Below are positions 23,253 through 35,599 of a stretch of 64,000 bases of DNA, piece by piece. Source of the stretch: Lingula anatina (lineage: Eukaryota > Animalia > Brachiopoda). The notes under the pieces are model-generated. The model did no database searches, was not told the DNA's origin, and worked only from the letters and a program-made list of their open reading frames with translations. Both the position numbers and the translations under genes were made by a program. The stretch covers positions 21,474,534-21,538,533 of the forward strand of contig CM120644.1 in NCBI GenBank assembly GCA_051362555.1, written 5' to 3'. The first letter of the stretch is position 1. Every line of letters starts with the position of its first letter.

Positions 23253-26002
23253 CAGCCCGGGAGCCACTGGCTGATTTGACGGTTATTTTGGAAAATATTA
23301 GATTTGGCCTCGTTTTCAAAACGTGGAGTGGTAGCCCCAAAAAAATTTGGCGGGAGACGAAGGCATAGAGACAGGTAAGTTGTACATGTGTTTGTGGAAT
23401 GAACAGTAGATTTAAATACTAATGAATTTGACGGGACAATACAGTATATGCTTAAGTTACATTTTATACACCGAATAAGTCTTCGTGTATCGATTTCACT
23501 GAGTATTCTCTAAAGTTACTGGCGATTAGCAAAATGGCCGCACACAAAACGTCATTGTAAACATTGACTTTTGAACTGTGCCAAATGCAGCTTAAGGGTT
23601 TTTTTCTTTATCTGTTCCTGTTTTTTCATAGTTTGGCAATATTTTTTGAACATATCAAATTTTTAAGATGTGCGATGGCCTGTAATTTGTAGAATTTCAA
23701 CATTTCCAACAAGCTGTATATTCACCGTGCCGGGTACCTATCATTTACTGTAGTTGATCGAGTGATATCAGTGGCTTTCTGGTCTCATGCATGGAATGAA
23801 TGTCACCGTATAAGTGAAATGTTTGAATCTTGGCTTCTCATGCAATTTCTTTGTGTTTTAATGTGAAAAGGATGAAGTGGATTGCGAAATAACATTGTCA
23901 TCCAACCTGCATACACGTATACGTATGTGCATATCGTGGTGTACCAGTGCAAAGCGGTGGGGAAGGGGGGGGGGGGCATTGGTACCAGTAGTTGTGAAAG
24001 ATACAGTATTGTAAACTAACCATAGGCATGTTTTGAAATATATGAATCGTAAATTATGTCTTTTTTGCTGGGGGCGGGGGGGGGGGGTTAAATGTATCAA
24101 TTGTGTTAATTTTTTTAGAAAAAAAAACATGTAAACACAAAATAAGTTTTATTGCATTGGTTGGGGGTTTTGAGGAGAAGAATGTCATAAAAATGCAAGT
24201 TTAAAAAAAGGTGAATAGTATATGTATGTGTGTATGTACATTAAATGAAACAGGCTCTTCAATGATGAGGGCATATGATAGTGATGTGGTGCTCTGACTT
24301 GCATGTGTTTTCTAATTTTTTCATGCCTTGATTCAAATTGGGTTTTTGAATTATGATGGGTGTGCAACTTTGCCCAAAGTTCAGTTTCAAATGTTTTTTT
24401 AATAATTACTGTTATGAATGAAGTATAAATAGTGCAGTTGAAGGTAAAGATTGTAAATATAGTGCTGTTTAAGATTGATTGTTACAGTTTACCTATTGCA
24501 AAAAAAGATTGCAAAAAATTATGATTAATTTCAGTGTGTATGTGTGTGAGCAATTGATAAATGTAGTTAGAATTTTTTTATGATATTCTTTTAAAAACTC
24601 TATTATTTATTCTAGGCTTGAATAGCATGAATGGGACCAGGATTATTCCTTTTGCCATGCAATTATCATAACAAAAGCGCCCATCATTTCCAAATACTGT
24701 GTGGCAATGAACACCACAACCTCTGGGATACTTCTAAGGGATGAAAAATATGTGCTCTTGCTAATATAAATAGTTATTGGTTATCAGTACATAGAAATGC
24801 AGTTTGTGACATCAATTTAGGTTTTAACCACATGAAGTTAGTTAAAAGTGTATGTGCAACTAAGTAAACAATACATTGTTTTATTTTTACTGTGCAGGTT
24901 TTTTTTTATATATGTGTAGCTTATAGATAATATCTACTTATCAGAATACAAGTAAAACAAGTTTATTCAAATGCAAATATGGATTGATACCTGGTATCAC
25001 TGAAAGAAAATTAAGATGACATCTTTGGGAAAATTTATGAAATTATATTATTTGTAAAAATTCTGGTCCATTGTGTAAAGGGAAATTGTGTGTTAGATGG
25101 TTAAATATATATAAATGTGTACCAATCAAGTAAAGTAGCATTGAATTATCACCTACTGGGTAATTGATGTACAATGTAATGTAAAATAACTATTTTGCAA
25201 TGTACCTGTCTCACTGGTAAAATATTTCAGGCTAGTTGAATTTTATGTAAAATTAAAATAAAATATATAGCAATGTGATTAAATGTAAATTGTCTTTCAT
25301 TTGTTATTTTTCATATTTAATGAAAGGAATACCCTCATCAGTTGGCCTCATGTAATAAAAAGGTTTATCTACAATGAAAAAAAATGTTAAAGTTCATTTG
25401 TATTAGCACCGTGGTAAGTGCCAAGAAAAAAATTATTTCATTGTCCCCAATACCCAGTTGCTCTATATAAGTAATACTGTGTGAAGGAAAAACTAAAACG
25501 AGACTGAAGCTCATGAGAAAGCACTAAGTCAAAGCGAGGCTTATATGCGGATATCGTAAGTGAGAGTTTTCAGGCTGACATGGCCGTGAATTGATTTGTG
25601 CCATTCACAGCTTAAGGCAAAGTTCTTTACATGCTTACATTGACAGAAAGCTGAATAAATTTTCCACAACTTGTAGTAATTTCATGTTGTGCGGAGGCCT
25701 CTATAGGTACAAAAATCAAAATCAAAAACGAACTTCCGTAATAGCTTTAATAAAATTTCGATTTCAAACTCATTTTTCAACATTAAATATGCTGTAGATC
25801 AACTTTTGGGTCATCTCACATTATTCGAAATTTATTTCTCAATATGACAATGTACATATTGTAACCCCAAGTACGTTAATAGCCGAGTTAATACACCGTT
25901 TATGACACCCTATAAATCTCAAAAAATATTGCCCAATTCAAATTCTCGAACTTCCGGTTTGTTTAATAGCCACCTAGCGGCAGACCAGTGGCTCCCGGGC
26001 TG
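23253..26002. mobile_element. 2.75-kb non-autonomous TIR DNA transposon (CAG termini, 3-bp TSD, Academ-like)
   Basis: It has a perfect 18-bp TIR, CAGCCCGGGAGCCACTGG / CCAGTGGCTCCCGGGCTG, with AAA on both sides. It interrupts the tRNA repeat unit and carries no recognisable ORF. Confidence 0.8.
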
Positions 26003-26031
26003 AAAGGGGTAGGGGCACAGCAAGTTATCAA

Positions 26032-26102
26032 GCATCGGTGGTTCAGTGGTAGAATGCTCGCCTGCCACGCGGGCGGCCCGGGTTCGATTCCCGGCCGATA
26101 CA
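26032..26102 (+). tRNA. tRNA-Gly(GCC), variant with a C2.A71 acceptor-stem mismatch
   Basis: GCATCGGTGGTTCAGTGGTAGAATGCTCGCCTGCCACGCGGGCGGCCCGGGTTCGATTCCCGGCCGATACA, with TTTT downstream. Confidence 0.9.
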
Positions 26103-27255
26103 GTAAGAGTTTTGAACTGGTACAACTTTTTGATCTCTGACAAAGAAACAAGAAACAGGCTAAAAAAAGCCGATAACGCGGAAACATTCCACTTAACTAG
26201 CGGTAACATCTAGTTATTTTCTTGCCAGTAATTGTAGTAATATGATCCACATTATTTTTGCTCTCCCATATTTAAAAAGTATGTTGTTAACATTATGCTT
26301 TTTAAATATATTTTCAAATATATGTTTTAATAAGTGAAAGTGTGTGTGTGGGGGGGGGGGGGGGGGGAGGGGGGGAATGAAGATGGAAATTATTGATACC
26401 GGTACTTTACTTTCATAGATTTCTTACATTGCTAGTGGATTCCTTTAAACTTCTCAGTCATGGAGGTAGCCGTGACATCTCACAACTTGAAGGCATAAAT
26501 AAAATCATTTGTATTTGACGCCATGCAAGGGAACGCCAGAAAAAATAATTAAATGAATGGATAAATGAATAAATAAATAAAAATAAAAACGCGCCAATTT
26601 TCTTGTGACTTATAAAAGGAAAACGAAGTTGTGCCGGGTACAGTATGTGGTTTGTGGATGTAGGCCAGAAAAGCACATGTTCTTGTAAATTATTGGCAAT
26701 AAATGAATTATTCATGTAGAGGTAAATTATAATATCAAGGCTTAGATCGAATCTTAATACAGGGGCGGGCCGAGCAAAGATTCGTTTAAATAACCTTTAG
26801 ATAACACAAATTTAGAAATTAATGATTGTGCCAAAGAGATGCGACAGTGTTGGAATAGTCGGCAATAGTTTCAAAAATTGAAATGAAATCAAAAAATGTC
26901 TCAGGACTTTTTTGTTTAATGGAAGTATGTTAAACATGTTCCGTGTTCAAAGTGCACTGAACGCGTAAAATGAATACCTGTGTCAGATATAGAGTGGCCA
27001 TGGCAGAGATAGGACTACCTGTGATTATGTAAATCACTGCATTCCACGGAAATAAATATGTTTATTGATAGTTAAAATAAACGAAACATTTCTTACTCAG
27101 TTTTTAATTTCTTGTGATACATTTAAAGTGTTGCCCAACCGGACCCACCCAGGCTTTGAGCTAAGTTTGACAACAACACCGCAGTTTGAAGGGGATGGGG
27201 GGGGGGGGGGGAGGAGGGTTGAGAGAGGAGGGGGGGGGGAAGTGTAGGATATCAA

Positions 27256-27326
27256 GCATCGGTGGTTCAGTGGTAGAATGCTCGCCTGCCACGCGGGCGG
27301 CCCGGGTTCGATTCCCGGCCGATGCA
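27256..27326 (+). tRNA. tRNA-Gly(GCC), intact
   Basis: A 71-nt canonical cloverleaf with anticodon GCC, a perfect acceptor stem GCATCGG/CCGATGC, A and B boxes, and a TTTTT terminator 5 nt downstream. Confidence 0.97.
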
Positions 27327-27760
27327 ATAGTTTTTGAACTGGTTTTATTTTTTGGCAAAGAAACAATCAAAAATTGCTGATAACAAGGAACAATCCACTC
27401 AACAAGCGACATCATCTGGTTGCCTTGTCAGTAACGTTGTAATAGAATCCGTATTATTTTTGCTCTCCCATATTTTAAAAACATATTATTTACATTATGT
27501 TATTTACGCATATTTTCAAATATGTATTTTAATAAGTGAAACTTGTGACGCACACTACACACAAAGAGCTGAAAGCAGTTTGGTTTGAATTGTAGCAGTA
27601 GAAAGAGGGGGCGGGGGAAGGAGGAATTTTAAAGAACAGGTCTTTCTTAGTTCATGAGTAGTTTTTACTTAAAGATAACGAAGTCCTTCATTCCATACAA
27701 TAAATCATTTCTTTAAAATATAAGTCTTGAATTGAGAAAATTTGTTTCGGGTGGAGAATG

Positions 27761-27915
27761 CAGGGGCAGATTGAGGCCGTCTTCTGGGTTTTCCGGAAGA
27801 CGGTCAGATTTTCAAGTTAACATTGACGGGTATCTAATTTTTTCTGTCGGAAGGAGGATACATTAACAAGGATAATTTGGAAGACTGTCAGAAAAAATCT
27901 CTGGATCCGCCTCTA
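27761..27915 (+). mobile_element. hAT-like MITE (CAGGGGCGGAT family), copy 1
   Basis: Homologous to 31011-31153 (inverted) and 51952-52119. The TIR is CAGGGGC(A/G)GAT...ATCCGCC. Confidence 0.8.
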
Positions 27916-30764
27916 TGCCAATAAATTGGAAATCAGTTGGGTAGCAGGGGCGGATCCAGGATTATCTGAAGGGGGGCTTCGAGGAATCGATATATGGATT
28001 TGATTGACTCTGAGGGTAAAATGCAAAAATAAAGACAAGCAAATTATTTTCCACATTGGTGTGGCAGGAGTCTTTCTGAGTACAACAGCTGTACGCTGTC
28101 TTTATATTTCTCTGTTAAACCATTACCTCTCTCTCGTCGATCTCCCCCGCAAATGTTCCACGCCAGAAAAAAATCAATAATGTTCTTAATAGCTAATAAC
28201 TATGAAAATGCATAATAATAATGCATAATAATAATGCATAATAATAGTGAATAATAATAATAATAGTGAATGATTGGTGAATTGACAGGTAAGTGCTGAG
28301 GGAACACATTCGCCCCCTGCTCAGTGTGACGCAGTTGGTTGTGAATGGGTTAACCCCCCCCCCCTCCTCCTTCCGTCTCACCCTATCCCGGCTCCTCACC
28401 CTGAGCTTCAAAGATAACTTGAAACAAACATCTACACTATGGAATACCCTTGTCGTTTCCAGTTACTTGAAACGACAAGCAAAGGGTTAATTGCTATTAA
28501 GGTTTGAAATTCAGGGTGCGGACAGGTGTGTATCAGAACTATCATCGTTGGCTGGTTCATCTTCTGCCGGGAGTTGAACAGTTAACGTGGTCATCAAATT
28601 CTAGGGGAGAGACAGATGGCATAGAGAATTATCATGTTATCTGCAAACTGCTACACAGTGAAACTGGAAATGTGGGCTATTTTACACTTTTCTAAAAAAA
28701 CATAATAGACTCTGATTATAACAGCTCCACGCTCTCTTTTTATTTTGCGGTTCAATGGATACCTCTCTCTATCGTCCGTCTCTCCCTAAAATGTTCCACT
28801 CCAGAAAAAAATCAATAATGCTATGGGAGAATTGTACAGGCAATTGACCTACATTCTCCACTGCAGTTATTGGCGCTAGTTTAACAATGTTATGACTTGG
28901 TCGTGAAAACGTGAATCACGCCTGTGATATGAAGGTTTATAATATATATAAATGAATTAATTAACAGGGCGTGTCGATCAAATGATTGGAATTTATGAGT
29001 GAAGTGGGACTTGCTTTTTTACAAAAATGAAAGAAAAACTGTATACATCTCAAAAACAGAAAAAGAATTAATTTTTCTCTTATATGCAAATTAGATTGCC
29101 TGTGGTAATATAAGGCTGTCCGGAAGTCATGTTCACATCAGAGATTTCAAATAGTGGTAATATTGATGACTTAATCATTTGATAAAAAATAATATATTTA
29201 GGCTACCAAATATAATTTTCAGAGAAAAATAAATCAAATTTCATTTCATTAAGAATCATTGCTGGAACCGCCTTTCGGAAGAATTTTGTAACAGCTAGAA
29301 GAGTAGCTAGAAAGCGAATAGGCTTATTTGGCTTTTTATAGGTAACTCGTATTTCCAATGCTTTTTTCTTTTAATTAAGTTATACTGTAACAAAAAAAAT
29401 TGATGAGTATTGTTTCATTGGTTCATTCATAAAACAACATCTTGTAACCAGTGTAAGGAAATTAGGATTTATAAAGGTTTATAAATATTGAATTAATTTT
29501 TTTTTTCAGAAGAAAGTGCAGACACAGGTGAAGCAGGTGCATTATTCATTTTTCACTTTCATTCATTTAATACACACAACCTTATGTTTAAAAATGATTG
29601 CCTCATTTATTTCATGCAAATACACTTTAATAAATAAAATTATAAAAATGATTGATTTAAATAAAGATACATAACTCATGCAGTATACATCATTATAGTT
29701 CTAATATTCACCAATTTCAGACCCCTCTCAGCCTGATACAGAAAACTGCACATATGACAGTACTCTCAGGAGGAAAAGACCAAAAAATTCCAGTGAGTAT
29801 TAGTAAAAAAAATATCATAGACTTCCTTATAGGCTAATTAAAAATTTATAAATAGGTCAGAAATTTCCTATGATTTTTATTTGATATATATCATATTATT
29901 TTCAGGTCATTCTTTTGATGATTTGCTTGAATTTGATAAAGGAAAGTTGGAACAAATGAAGAGATATGTGTACAAATCCAAGAAGAAATATTAGCAGTAA
30001 AAAAAGAAAAATAGAATTAAAAAAAAAAAAGAAATTGAGTATGGAGTTGTCAAAATTGGAATTAGATTCAATGATATTATGAGTAACGTTTCATTAAGTT
30101 TTGACTTGTAAACTCCTTATCATACCGGTTTTGTAAGTAGAGATTTGGGGTGAAGTATAGTGATGTGTATAGCAACAACCAAACCAAGTACCTCACAAAT
30201 ATTAAACAATTTCTAAAAAAGATATCTGAGGTTTGGTATATTAAGAAAGTTGAAGATGTATGTGTTTAATAAATATTTTGTCAACTTTGAGAGCAGAGTT
30301 TATTATTATTATTTATAAAGAATTATCTGGTATGGGTGTATATGCATAGAGATAAAATTGTTTTCATAAGAGTAAAGAATAGAAAGAGACAAAAGAAAAA
30401 TTTGGAAAATATACCACATAATATAATCTAGTTTTTTTAAACCAGGGATCTAATTTGTTTTTCATTATTTTACTGCTGCAACATCTTTCTCACAAATAAA
30501 TACTCTATTTTCTGCACAAAGCACTTTTGTACAACTGAAATTTATTTAAAATTACACAAATCTTTTAATAAGTAAACATATATTTTCCTTTCTATTTATT
30601 GAATATAGTTGGATATTTTGTTATAAAAACAAGCACACAGGTATGCATTCACCTGGGTTAATATTTTCTAGTTCATGTTTGATGGAAATATTCTTTCCTT
30701 TTTTTAATAAAACATGAAAAACATGCCATATTTATTTCTGCAAAAAATGCATAACATTATGGTG

Positions 30765-30805
30765 TTAGCTCTTCTGTGAAAATGAGGGTGGCCCTGAAAA
30801 GGGCC
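30765..30805 (-). terminator. replication-dependent histone-type 3' processing signal (stem-loop plus HDE-like element), orphan
   Basis: The minus strand reads GGCCCT-TTTC-AGGGCC ACCCT CATTTTCAC AGAAGAGCT: the canonical 6-4-6 stem-loop, an ACCC 3' flank, and a purine-rich element starting 15 nt after the stem. Confidence 0.7.
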
Positions 30806-30846
30806 TGGGAATAGGATAGAGTCCTATGCCCATACCAAAACAATAT

Positions 30847-31000
30847 AAAACAAGGCAGCAAAGCTGTCAAATGTACAGACAAAAAACAGAAAATAAAGAT
30901 GCAAAAAAGGCCATTTTGTCAATTTTCATGCAATAATAAATAATGCTTATAATAGCACTGTCAGTCAACACTGAATTTTAATCTTGCACAACAGGTAACA
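30847..31000 (+). mobile_element. 5' end of a Helentron-type non-autonomous element (further copies at ~40797-40945 and ~63933-64000)
   Basis: AAAACAAGGCAGCAAAGCTGTCAAATGTACAGACA contains a short IR (CAGC-AAA-GCTG) followed by ATGTACAGACA, the same word that forms the 3' hairpin at 34227-34256. Confidence 0.65.
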
Positions 31001-31010
31001 TGGTCAATAA

Positions 31011-31153
31011 CAGGAGCAGACCCAGAGATATTTTCTGACAGTATTACAAAGTATCTATGTCTTCCAACAGAAAAAAATAGATACCAGTCAATATAAACTT
31101 AATAACCTGACTGTCTTCCGGAAGACCCAGAAGATGGTCTCAATCCACCCCTT
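31011..31153 (-). mobile_element. hAT-like MITE copy 2, with a 6-bp TSD
   Basis: An inverted copy of the 27761 family, with CAATAA on both sides (31005-31010 and 31154-31159). Confidence 0.8.
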
Positions 31154-31382
31154 CAATAAGATTACAGTTTCAGGACCATGAGAGTTCAAATTCACATTAT
31201 GAAAGTCTCAATATTTGAAAAATGATGACAGTGCATAAAATAATATTACATAATGTTTAAAGACATAAAAAACAATACAACTGCTTATGTAGAAATACAG
31301 AAAATGTGCAGAGCCCCAGGCAGATGAGAGTTAAAAGTCACAAATGCAAGTGTTTGAGAAAAAATTATAAAGGAAAACAACA

Positions 31383-31620
31383 AAACTAGAAAAGCACTTT
31401 GAGAGTGCAGACCTCTGCCAAGGCAGCAATTGTTGATTATTATTGATAATTGATTGATTATTGATCCGGACCACCACCAAAAATTAATCATTGTCCTCTT
31501 TGGCCCACTTCCGACAGTTCCTGAAAATTTCTGCAAAATCGGTCCATAACTTTTTGTGTTATGTGGATGACAGACAAACAGGGGTGAAAATATAACCCCC
31601 TTGGCAGAGCTTGAGGTAAA
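31383..31620 (+). mobile_element. short Helentron/Helitron-type non-autonomous element (partial second copy at 35182-35294)
   Basis: 5' ACTAGAAAAGCACT..GAGTGCAGACCTCTGCCAAGG, a GACA/AACA microsatellite remnant, and a 3' hairpin ACCTCCTTGGCGGAGGT that is intact in the 35182 copy. Confidence 0.75.
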
Positions 31621-31665
31621 TATAATTCCAATGAAGATGCTATTCAAACTTTTAATCTCTCAGTT

Positions 31666-31667
<2 letters not shown>

Positions 31668-31714
<47 letters not shown>
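31668..31714. repeat. (TA)n microsatellite
   Basis: An uninterrupted TA run. Confidence 0.98.
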
Positions 31715-31715
<1 letters not shown>

Positions 31716-33544
31716 CTTATTTGCAATATTAAACAAAATTTACCTGCATAATTATCACTGCTTCCTTATTATTAATCTAGCAGAGAGCTTTACCTTTGGG
31801 AGTTTACAGGGAAATATCAACAAGTGTGCTTTACGTAATCTCATTTAATGGCCTATTAAAGCAAATGACTTTATAACTCTGAAATTAATCTAGTGATACC
31901 CAAGGGTAATTTACAGACTGACCCACTCAAGGTCTTCAGGCCCATAAGTCGCACCTTAAGAAAAGCACAAAACCATAATGCCCAAAATAGGAGACTACCA
32001 ATCCTGATGCAATAATACATTATGTTTAACTGCACAGTCAACATCAACTTATGCACAACAGGTAACACAGACGAAGGTAAAAGCATAAGGCTCCAGGCCC
32101 ATCAGAGTTCAAGTTTATACTTAGAAAGTGCCAGAATGAGAAAAATGAAAATTTCACAAAAAATGCATAAATACAATAAACATGATAATCCAATAGAGCT
32201 GGTTTTCTCATGAGCTGAAGGCCAATCCTAAAATTCGTACTTGTAAGTTTAAAATTATAATAAGTAGCACAGTTTTCTTTTCATAATGTTTGCAGTAGCA
32301 GTGCAAAAAGATTGTTGTCAATTTTGATGTAACATTACATAATAAATTAGAGAATAATTATCACCAATTTTTGTTTATTGACTATAAATAGGATGGACAT
32401 GTAGAAAATATGATTACCATTTGGCTTCATGTCCATGGGAGCTCCGAGTCCCACAATGAATATGCCAAAAAGATAATGAATATTACACTAAAATGTATAA
32501 CTTCCAGAAAAAGAAGCCAATTTGACTGCTTTTCTAACTCAGGCTGCATTTTAGTCCTGTGATTCTTTTTTGAAAGTTTGACAGTCATAAGTAACACGGT
32601 TTTCCCATAATGGTCATCAAGGCAGCAGCACCAAAAATTGTGTTTTCTTCTATTTTGATGCAACATTACATAATGCTTAAAAGCATACTGACCATCGATT
32701 TTTAAAAATAAAATATAAGTGTCATGGATTTTCAGAAAATGTGACTAGCATGGGTCTTCAAGCCCGTGGAGGTTCTAAGTCACACCTTGGAAATGCCAAT
32801 ATGTGAAAAATTAAATTTTCACAAAAAACTGTTTAATTGCCAGAAAAATTTACCAAACAGACTGCATTGCCTACTGAAGCTGTATTTTAGTCCCATGTTT
32901 CTTTCCTGTAAGTTTGAGAACAGTAAGTGACATGATTTTCCTTAAATGGTCATCATGAGAGCAGTGCCCAAAATAGGGGTTTCTTCAAATTTTGATGCAA
33001 TATTACATAACGTTTTACAGCATAATGACCATCAATTTTTAATTATAAAATATTAGTATCATGGTTATTCAGAAAATGTAACTAGCAAAAGTCTTCAGGC
33101 CCATGGAACTTCAAAGTCACATATTGAAAATGCCAAAATGTAAACAAGACAGCACTGTTCTGAAATGGGTTTATTTCCATTTTTAACACTTTTTTAACAT
33201 AAAACAAAATAAACAGTTTACTGCCATTTTTTTTTATGACCATTGAAGAAAATTGATGAGATGGGAAAAGTATCAATAGAACAGTGTTAAATGTCCAACT
33301 TCCTCCATTCTGAGATTCTGAACATAGTGGATGAATGCATCTGACAAACTGCAATGATATGAGTTTATTTCCATTTTTGACACTTTATTACACAATACAT
33401 GATAACAAGTTTACCATCATTTTTACAAAATCAACTAACAATGTTGTAAAGATGCAGGAAATGTCAAACAAACACTTTTACGTATCTTATTAGTTCAATA
33501 ATGAGACTGTTAACATGCCTAAGAATTGAATGTGAGGAAATGTG

Positions 33545-34172
33545 AAAAAACAGCATAACTTCTAAAATAATGGACTGATTATGCTGATTTTCAAACTCAA
33601 CCTGCGTTTTAGTAAGATTGGCCCCTCCTGTGAGTATAATGACAATTGGCCAATCTGTTTTTCTTATATTGTGTTATCAGTGTTGCATATATACTGAAAA
33701 AAGTGAAAAAACAGCATAAATTCCCTATAAGTGACCTGATCGTGCTGATTTTCGAACTTGGCCTGCGTATTATGAATATTCATCAGTTCTGTAAGTTTCA
33801 AGCCAAAAGGTAAAATGGTTTTCCACTTATTGTGTTATCGGTGCTGCATATATGCTGAAAAAGTGAAAAAACAGCATAAATTCCCTAAAAATGGCCCAAT
33901 CATGCTGATTTTCGAACTTGACCTGCGTATTAAGAATTTTCATCAGTTCTGTAAGTTTCAAGCCAAAAGGTAAAATGGTTTTCCACTTATTGTGTTATCG
34001 GTGCTGCATATATGCTGAAAAAGTGAAAAAACAGCATAAATTCCCTAAAAGTGACCCGATCATGCTGATTTTCGAACTCGACCTGCGTATTATGAATATT
34101 CATCAGTTCTGTAAGTTTCAAATCAAAAGGCAAAATGGTGTTCCACTTATCGTGTTATCGGTAAAAGTGCAC

Positions 34173-34206
<34 letters not shown>

Positions 34207-34260
34207 CCAGACGCAGATGATGGCTATATGTACAGACACATCTGTGTCTGTACATAAAAA
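33545..34260 (+). mobile_element. 3' part of a Helentron-associated (HINE/DINE-like) element: ~4 x 160-bp core repeats, (GACGGC)n and a terminal hairpin
   Basis: CAGCATAA occurs at 33551, 33712, 33872 and 34032. A GACGGC run spans ~34170-34206, followed by a perfect 14-bp stem TATGTACAGACACA-TC-TGTGTCTGTACATA and an A-run. Confidence 0.85.
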
Positions 34261-34269
34261 TCAGGAAAC

Positions 34270-34800
34270 TTGTGCCTGATGAGCTGTTCCCTGATGCTCA
34301 CTCCATCTGGTCAGTAATTGCCAAGGAGGAGGGGGGGGGGGGAAGCCCCTTGGACTCTAACTGCTGGACACCCTCTGGCAATGGGAGTCCAACCCCCACA
34401 CATAAATTATGCAGCCTGAAGCAGGCCATGGTGTTGCTGCAGGCAGCCTCTGGGGAATACTGCAGACTGCCCCCTGATCTGTCCAGACACCTGAAAAAAT
34501 TGAAACAGAATATTAAGAATGATAATTTTCCAGAAAGCGAATGCTGATGTCAGAAATCTCATTTTTAAAAGAAAATGTACATATTTTTTGGAAGTTCATG
34601 ATTCAAAAGTGATTTATAGACCTTATGTGTGTGTGTGTGTGTGTGGGTGTGGGATGAAAACCTTTACGACAGACAAAGGAGATTTAATTGCAATCATAGT
34701 GCCATCCACACACCCCAGCACTTTCGGAAATCTGGTGATGGCAAGAAAGTCATTCTGTGTTCTGGACACCTTGGCCTGTTCACTTGGAAAATGTACAGAC
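34270..34800 (-). pseudogene. PIF/Harbinger (HARBI1-like) transposase remnant
   Basis: Translation gives VHFPSEQ...FLAITRFPKVLGCVDGTMIAIKSP (34800-34665) and, after a ttttttcag acceptor, CLDRSGGSLQYSPEAACSNTMACFRLHNLC. Confidence 0.85.
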
Positions 34801-35460
34801 AAAAAGTGATCATCAGAAGCTCTTTACATTATATTTGTATATAAATATATATATTCCTTGGGGGGGGATTGTTCAAGGGGGGGGGGGGAGGGGAGAATTG
34901 TCAGGGGAAATTGTCCAGGGGGAACTGTCCTAGAATCCAAAATACTGAATACTTCAGAGTTCCAAATCTTGTGTCTTTTGTGTCAATTGAGTATCCAAAT
35001 TAAACCCTCAAATCTTTTACTGATTACATTTCTCTACAACATGTGACTATTTAGCCCATTCTGTGTCACAGAGCTGTCATATACAAAGTATGGCGTGCTG
35101 ATGGCCATATCATCTCCTCCACAGAAAGCCACCATTCCTACAGGTGCCCCAGTCTGAACTCGCTCCCACCACTGGAAGTCTGACAGTTCCTGAAAATTTC
35201 ATCAAAATCGGTCCATAACTTTTTGAGTTGTGTTGATGACAGAGAACCAGACAAACAAACAGGGGTGGAAACATAACCTCCTTGGCGGAGGTATAGATTA
35301 AGATTTGGACTTACAATAAATACCAAACAAATCTTTTAAAGAATTGCCGCAACAATTAAACCATATGTGCCTTTAAGAAAACTGTTTGATACTGAATACC
35401 TTATTTTCTAACATGAATTTGATATCATTTAAGCTGATATACAATTTTTTTCTTAAAATT

Positions 35461-35465
<5 letters not shown>

Positions 35466-35492
<27 letters not shown>
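35466..35492. repeat. (GA)n microsatellite
   Basis: An AG run. Confidence 0.95.
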
Positions 35493-35498
35493 TCTTAC

Positions 35499-35586
35499 CT
35501 TCTTCTTCACAGAAATAGGAACACAACAATAATGCCCTCTAATAGGATGACCACAAGTATAATGGGGACCACAATGACAGCTGTTT
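35499..35586 (-). pseudogene. transmembrane-domain exon of a decayed type I membrane protein gene
   Basis: An 88-nt exon between a tatttcag acceptor and a gtaag donor, phase 1 to 2, encoding TAVIVVPIILVVILLEGIIVVFLFL*RRR. Confidence 0.6.
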
Positions 35587-35599
35587 CTGAAATAACACA

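Larger units (their letters stand above)
21790..27545 (+). repeat. tandem tRNA-Gly gene array, ~1.22-kb unit
   Basis: The flanks are homologous among 21790-22040, 22042-23230, 26003-27255 and 27256-27545. The two full-length genes are 1224 bp apart. Confidence 0.9.

Noticed and set aside
25919-27415. ORFs overlapping the tRNA genes (e.g. SAGNRTRAARVAGEHSTTEPPML)
   Set aside because: These are antisense or alternative-frame translations of tRNA-Gly and G-runs.
29500-30110. Plus-strand exon-like segments (e.g. GHSFDDLLEFDKGKLEQMKRYVY)
   Set aside because: They contain multiple stops and no recognisable domain, so no product can be assigned.
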